This document shows, one piece after another, positions 6,203 through 10,466 of a DNA stretch of 10,466 nt (its first letter is position 1; each line of letters starts with the position of its first letter). The translations under genes were made by a program, and so were the position numbers. Origin of the DNA: Candidatus Iainarchaeum sp. (GTDB lineage: Archaea; Iainarchaeota; Iainarchaeia; Iainarchaeales; CSSED10-239); NCBI GenBank assembly GCA_937968065.1, contig CALBUD010000020.1, positions 1 through 10,466 on the forward strand, written 5' to 3'. The notes below the pieces were generated by a model. It was given only the letters and a program-made list of their open reading frames with translations, did no database searches and was not told the origin of the DNA.

Positions 6203-9200
6203 TTTTTCTTTCTTTGCAACTAAAAGTTTTGTTTTTATTAAAGTATCTGGATTAAGACTCATAGAATCAATACCGATTGATACTAAAAATTCAGCAAAAT
6301 CAGGATAATCAGAAGGTGCTTGACCACAGATACCTATATACTTTTTTTTCTCTTTTGCAATACTTACAACAGTTTCAATTAAATATTTTACAGCATCGTT
6401 TCTTTCATCATAAATACTTGCAACAATCTCTGAATTTCTGTCAAGACCTAAGGTTAATTGTGTTAAATCATTAGAGCCGATAGAGAAACCATCAAAAATG
6501 TCCAAGAAATCATGCGCCAAAATAACATTTGAAGGTACTTCACACATTCCAATAACTTTAAGACCTTTTTCTCCTTGTCTTAAACCATTTTTCTTTAACT
6601 CTAAGATAACATTTTCAGCTTCTTTTATAGTTCTACAGAAAGGAATCATAATCTCAAGATTTGTAAGACCCATAGCCTCTCTTACTCTCTTAATTGCCTT
6701 ACATTCTAAAGCAAAACCTGCTTTATAGTTTCCTTTATAATATCTTGAAGCTCCACGCCATCCAATCATGGGGTTTGATTCTATTGGTTCATATTCTTTT
6801 CCACCAATAAGGTTTGCATACTCATCTGATTTAAAATCAGAAGTTCTTAAAATAACTTTTTTAGGATAGAAGGCTGCTGCAATTCTTGCAATTCCTTGTG
6901 AAAGTTTATCTACAAAATATTCTTCTTTATTTTCATAACCAACAGTTAATTTATCAATCTCTTGTTTTACTTTTTTATCTTTTATTTTTTCATAATTAAT
7001 CAAAGCTAAAGGATGTATCTTTATCCAAGAATCAATAATAAACTCTTCTCTTGCAAGGCCAACACCATCTGAAGGTAAGAAAGATTGTTCAAATGCTTGC
7101 TCAGGCGAACCAATATTTAACATTATTTTTGTTTTTGTTTTTGGAATTTCTTTAATATCAACAACTTCTTTTTTAAATTTTAAAGCCTTATCATAAACGA
7201 ACCCATAATCTCCTGAAGAACAATCAATAGTTATCATTTGTTTATCTTTTATTTTTAAAGTTGCATCAATTGTTCCAACTATACAAGGGATACCAAGCTC
7301 TCTTGCAATGATTGCAGCATGACAATTATTTACAGCTATTGGTGTATAGTCACTTGTAAAAACAAAATAAGTATGATTATCTTTAACTGTAATGTTATAA
7401 ACATCACTTACACCTAATTCTTTTTCTTTAACAATTCTTTTTTGTCTTAAGTTAGAATTAATTAATTTTTCAATATTTTTCTTTAATGAAACATCTTTTA
7501 TTTTTTTTAGTATTGATTTTAAATAATCAACATCAACTAAAAGATTTTTATTTTTTCTAACATTAATATTAGAATTCATTTTTTCAGAAAATAATTGTTT
7601 AGTATTAAAAAATCTATAACCTACTTTTCTTAGATCTTTACATTTTACTCTCTTTGTATATTTTCCTAATAAATCTAATTTTTCAATAATTTGTATATTT
7701 CTAATATTTCTGTTGTTTGTTATTTGAAAACCAATTCCAAGTCTTAAAAGAGAAACAATTACTGCTTGAGAAAGATCATCTTTTGAAATATATATATTTA
7801 CTCTACCTCTAAAGTAAGTTCCATCTCCATCAATTACACCTGCTAAAAAATTATATATGAATTTTTCATCAGCACCTAAAATAGTTTTAATTAGATTTTC
7901 TCTTTCTTTTAAAATCTCTGTAGATATATTTTTAGAATAACATCTATAATCATTTGCTTGTCCAACTACTTTTTTACCTCTTATAAAACCAGAAGATTCT
8001 TTTTTAATAGTTTCTTTTAAATCATAATTATAAATTTTTTTAAAACAAAAATTGACATGATTTATAAAATCCATTTTTTCTTTTGTTGGTTTTTGAATAA
8101 AGTTTATAGTTCCATGTCTTTTATCTAAATGAACATGGCCATCAGTAAAGAGGGCTCCTAAAAGATATGCTTTTTCATTTTTTTCATTAATTTTATTTAA
8201 TTTTGGAATTGTTTCTGGAACTAAAACACATTCTTTTTCTAAAAGCATATTATTAATTTCAGTATCAACTATTTTTGAATCTCTTATGTTTACCATTTTG
8301 TGATTAGGAGTTACTTTTAAAATATTTTTAGTTATCATATTTTTTTGAGTACAAGAAACAGATATTAACTTATCTTTCTTTTTCATAACATCTGTTATTT
8401 CTTTCCACTCTATCTTTAAAGTTTTTTTATTAAGAGAAGGGGTTTTTAGATTTTTATTCTTACTTTCATGTATTTCTTTTAAAGTTAATAACCCTTTATT
8501 AGTTAGAATTTTAGTATCTCCTGAAAAACAAGTTTTTCCACCTTTGTTTGTAACAATTCCAGAGGCAATTTTCATAATAGGAACCCAATCAGGATCTGTC
8601 ATCTCAGTTATTAAAATATCTCCTTTTGAAAAAGAATTAATATCTTTTACATCTTTAATAATTGCAGCTTTTCCAATAGCTATTTTTTGACCAATAGAAA
8701 TACCAGTAACAATTGGTTCTTTTTTTTCTAAAATTGAATAAGTTTCTATTTTGTTTATATTTTTATTTGCTTGAACAGTTTCAGGTCTTGCTTGAACAAT
8801 ATACATATCTCCAGTAATTCCATCAATTGCCCATTCCATGTCCATTGGTTTATAATATCCTGCTTTATGTGAATAATAATCTTCTATAATACACGCCCAT
8901 TTTGCTAAAATAATAACTTGTTTATCATCTATACAAAATTGATTTCTATGTAAGATATCTACATTTATGTTTTTTACAGGTTTATTTCCTTGATTATCAT
9001 ATATCATTTTGATTGCTTTTTCTCCAAGTCTTTTTGAAATTATTGGTTCTTTTCCAAGCTTTAAAGTTGGTTTAAAAACCATAAATTCATCAGGGTTAAC
9101 AGCTCCTTGAACAACATTTTCTCCAAGACCATAAGCTCCATTAATAACCACAACATCTTTAAAACCAGTTTCTGTATCTATTGAAAACATAACACCTGAT

Positions 9201-9805
9201 GCTGCCAAGTCACTTCTTACCATTTTTTGAACAGAGATTGAAAGTGCAACTTTAGTGTGATCAAATTTTTTTTCAACTCTGTAGGCTATTGCTCTATTTG
9301 TAAAAAGAGATGCAAAACATTTTCTACAGGCTTCTAAAAGATCTTCAGGACCTTTAATGTTAAGATAAGTTTCTTGCTGTCCAGCAAATGAAGCATCAGG
9401 AAGGTCTTCTGCTGTTGCAGAAGATCTTACAGCAACATCAAGTTCTTTTACTTTTTCTTTTTTTGATAAAGCATAATAAGAATCAACAATTTGTTTTTCT
9501 AAGTCTTTTGGAATTTCTGCATTTCTTATTAACTTTCTTATTTTTGATCCTTTTTCTGATAATTGTTCTAAATTGTTAATATTTAAATTTTTTAAAATTG
9601 ATTTAATTTCTTTTGTTAAATCATCTTTTTCAAGAAGATATCTATAAGCATTTGCAGTTATTGCAAAACCATTTGGTATCTTTACACCTTTTTTTGTTAA
9701 GTATCTATACATTTCTCCTAAAGATGCATTTTTTCCACCAACAACAGGTACATCTTCAATTGATATTTCATCAAACCACAAAATAAATTTATCTTCTTTT
9801 TTCAT
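6194..9805 (-). CDS. ppsA: phosphoenolpyruvate synthase (pyruvate, water dikinase) precursor containing one intein
   Basis: 1203-aa ORF. The N-terminus FILWFDEISIEDVPVVGGKNASLGEMY and SSATAEDLPDASFAGQQETYLN match the PPDK_N/ATP-grasp domain. The swivel-domain motif VTNKGGKT...CHAAIIARELGIPCIVG is present but interrupted. The C-terminal PEP-utilising barrel shows NPMIGWRGASRY, GSNDLTQLTLG and GICGQAP. Removing 402 aa leaves 801 aa, a typical PpsA length. Confidence 0.95.
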   Translation of the reverse strand: MKKEDKFILWFDEISIEDVPVVGGKNASLGEMYRYLTKKGVKIPNGFAITANAYRYLLEKDDLTKEIKSILKNLNINNLEQLSEKGSKIRKLIRNAEIPKDLEKQIVDSYYALSKKEKVKELDVAVRSSATAEDLPDASFAGQQETYLNIKGPEDLLEACRKCFASLFTNRAIAYRVEKKFDHTKVALSISVQKMVRSDLAASGVMFSIDTETGFKDVVVINGAYGLGENVVQGAVNPDEFMVFKPTLKLGKEPIISKRLGEKAIKMIYDNQGNKPVKNINVDILHRNQFCIDDKQVIILAKWACIIEDYYSHKAGYYKPMDMEWAIDGITGDMYIVQARPETVQANKNINKIETYSILEKKEPIVTGISIGQKIAIGKAAIIKDVKDINSFSKGDILITEMTDPDWVPIMKIASGIVTNKGGKTCFSGDTKILTNKGLLTLKEIHESKNKNLKTPSLNKKTLKIEWKEITDVMKKKDKLISVSCTQKNMITKNILKVTPNHKMVNIRDSKIVDTEINNMLLEKECVLVPETIPKLNKINEKNEKAYLLGALFTDGHVHLDKRHGTINFIQKPTKEKMDFINHVNFCFKKIYNYDLKETIKKESSGFIRGKKVVGQANDYRCYSKNISTEILKERENLIKTILGADEKFIYNFLAGVIDGDGTYFRGRVNIYISKDDLSQAVIVSLLRLGIGFQITNNRNIRNIQIIEKLDLLGKYTKRVKCKDLRKVGYRFFNTKQLFSEKMNSNINVRKNKNLLVDVDYLKSILKKIKDVSLKKNIEKLINSNLRQKRIVKEKELGVSDVYNITVKDNHTYFVFTSDYTPIAVNNCHAAIIARELGIPCIVGTIDATLKIKDKQMITIDCSSGDYGFVYDKALKFKKEVVDIKEIPKTKTKIMLNIGSPEQAFEQSFLPSDGVGLAREEFIIDSWIKIHPLALINYEKIKDKKVKQEIDKLTVGYENKEEYFVDKLSQGIARIAAAFYPKKVILRTSDFKSDEYANLIGGKEYEPIESNPMIGWRGASRYYKGNYKAGFALECKAIKRVREAMGLTNLEIMIPFCRTIKEAENVILELKKNGLRQGEKGLKVIGMCEVPSNVILAHDFLDIFDGFSIGSNDLTQLTLGLDRNSEIVASIYDERNDAVKYLIETVVSIAKEKKKYIGICGQAPSDYPDFAEFLVSIGIDSMSLNPDTLIKTKLLVAKKEKRM
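7325..8530 (-). mobile_element. intein (402 aa, residues 426-827) with LAGLIDADG homing-endonuclease domain, inserted in ppsA
   Basis: Block A is CFSGDTKIL, with Cys1 at codon 8528..8530. Block B is VTPNH. LAGLIDADG motifs are LLGALFTDG (8138..8164) and LAGVIDGDG (7820..7846). Block F is VYNITVKDNHTYF. Block G is IAVNN, with the terminal Asn at codon 7325..7327, followed by the +1 Cys at 7322..7324. The length is 1206 nt and in frame. Confidence 0.9.
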
Positions 9806-9864
9806 ATTTTTTTCACACTTACTTATATTATTATATTATTGTTAACCTAACTATTTATAAAAGT

Positions 9865-10415
9865 TTATCTACCACCAGCACCGCCACCACCAGCACCACC
9901 ACCAAAACCTCCTCCAGTTCCAGAACCACCACCAGAAGAAGAAATGGAATTAATATTTGAAAAACTTTTTGAAGTTGCAAAAGAATAATATACAGCAAAT
10001 CTTGTATTTCTAGAATAATCCTCAGGCATTAATGTTTTTATATTTTTTAAAACTTTTTTTGCAATACCAAAAGAAGTTGCATAAACTAAATATTCTTCCC
10101 AAAGAATAACATGTTTTGGGGGATGATTTTTAATATCTGAAAAATCAGAAATATATCTTTTAAATGCTTGCCATTTTAAGTTTCTTAGTCTTCCTTCTTT
10201 TGTAAATTTTCCAAAAAGTGGCCAAACAAAAGTACTTAAAAAAATTGTGCTTAAAACTATTATAGAAAATAAAACCCAGATTAAAGGAATCTTTGACATA
10301 TATAAAATTCCAAATATAAACAACAAAAGTATATATAATACTATAAAGATACCAGAAACCCAATGTCCTTTTCTGTTATACTCTTTTTTATTTTCATAAA
10401 ATAATTTGTCATAGT
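9865..10415 (-). CDS. DUF2207-like membrane protein, C-terminal part (5'-truncated at the contig end by adapter sequence)
   Basis: Two TM helices are followed by RNLKWQAFKRYISDFSDI...WEEYLVYATSFGIAKKV and a Gly-rich tail SSGGGSGTGGGFGGGAGGGGAGGR, which is typical of DUF2207 C-termini. The computed ORF start at 10449 (MTGVQTCALPIY) is translated Illumina adapter, not real sequence. Confidence 0.7.
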
Positions 10416-10466
10416 AGATCGGAAGAGCACACGTCTGAACTCCAGTCACACAGTGATATCGTATGC
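10416..10466. other. Illumina TruSeq indexed adapter read-through (assembly or trimming artefact)
   Basis: AGATCGGAAGAGCACACGTCTGAACTCCAGTCAC is matched exactly. It is followed by ACAGTG (the TruSeq index 5 sequence) and ATaTCGTATGC, which matches ATCTCGTATGC with one mismatch. Confidence 0.95.

Noticed and set aside
5237-9805. Possible stop-codon reassignment: ppsA, the 128-aa ORF and its continuation share a single 1523-codon frame, broken only by the TGA at 6194..6196 and the TAA at 5801..5803
   Set aside because: PpsA ends at a normal family length at the TGA. An SD-like site and an ATG follow two codons later. TAA terminates five other full-length family-typical genes here, and TAG terminates two. 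The standard code therefore fits. The shared frame across the TGA is a 1-in-3 coincidence. Only the TAA interruption is kept as a finding.
10160-10363. 67-aa minus-strand ORF overlapping the DUF2207-like gene in another frame
   Set aside because: It is fully nested out of frame in a gene with recognisable family features. It is most likely a chance open frame.
10414-10449. ATG start and MTGVQTCALPIY N-terminus of the 9865..10449 ORF
   Set aside because: These codons are a translation of Illumina adapter sequence (10416..10466), not genomic DNA. The true CDS is 5'-truncated.
1-10466. CRISPR array, IS element or transposase, integrase, toxin-antitoxin or other defence system
   Set aside because: Scanning by eye found no regularly spaced direct repeats, no terminal inverted repeats, and no ORFs with transposase, integrase or Cas-like motifs. 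The only mobile element is the intein. The two nucleases (NurA-like and beta-CASP) are not adjacent to each other or to ATPase or helicase partners, so they do not form a recognisable system.

Overview
AT-rich window (about 25-30% G+C by eye). All nine substantial ORFs and one tRNA lie on the minus strand, so it reads as a compact housekeeping stretch rather than an obvious accessory island. The host is most likely an uncultured AT-rich archaeon, possibly DPANN-like. Support for this is a tRNA-Trp with archaeal identity elements (G1-C72, A73), no encoded CCA, and a long intron held in a textbook bulge-helix-bulge motif. Minus-strand gene order from high to low coordinates: a 5'-truncated DUF2207-like membrane protein; PEP synthase (ppsA) interrupted by a 402-aa LAGLIDADG intein; an unknown ORF tightly coupled to ppsA and split by an in-frame TAA; LemA; tRNA-Trp(CCA) with a 131-nt intron; a short beta-CASP/MBL-fold nuclease; a Cys-rich secreted or anchored protein; HtpX M48 protease; and a NurA-like nuclease. 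The last 51 nt of the window are Illumina TruSeq adapter, which fabricates the apparent N-terminus of the last ORF. I see no CRISPR array, transposase, integrase, toxin-antitoxin pair or recognisable defence operon. The items most worth a second look are the intein at the PpsA phosphohistidine loop, the oversized tRNA-Trp intron with antisense elements, and the stop-interrupted unknown ORF. Family calls come from motif recognition by eye, with no database search.
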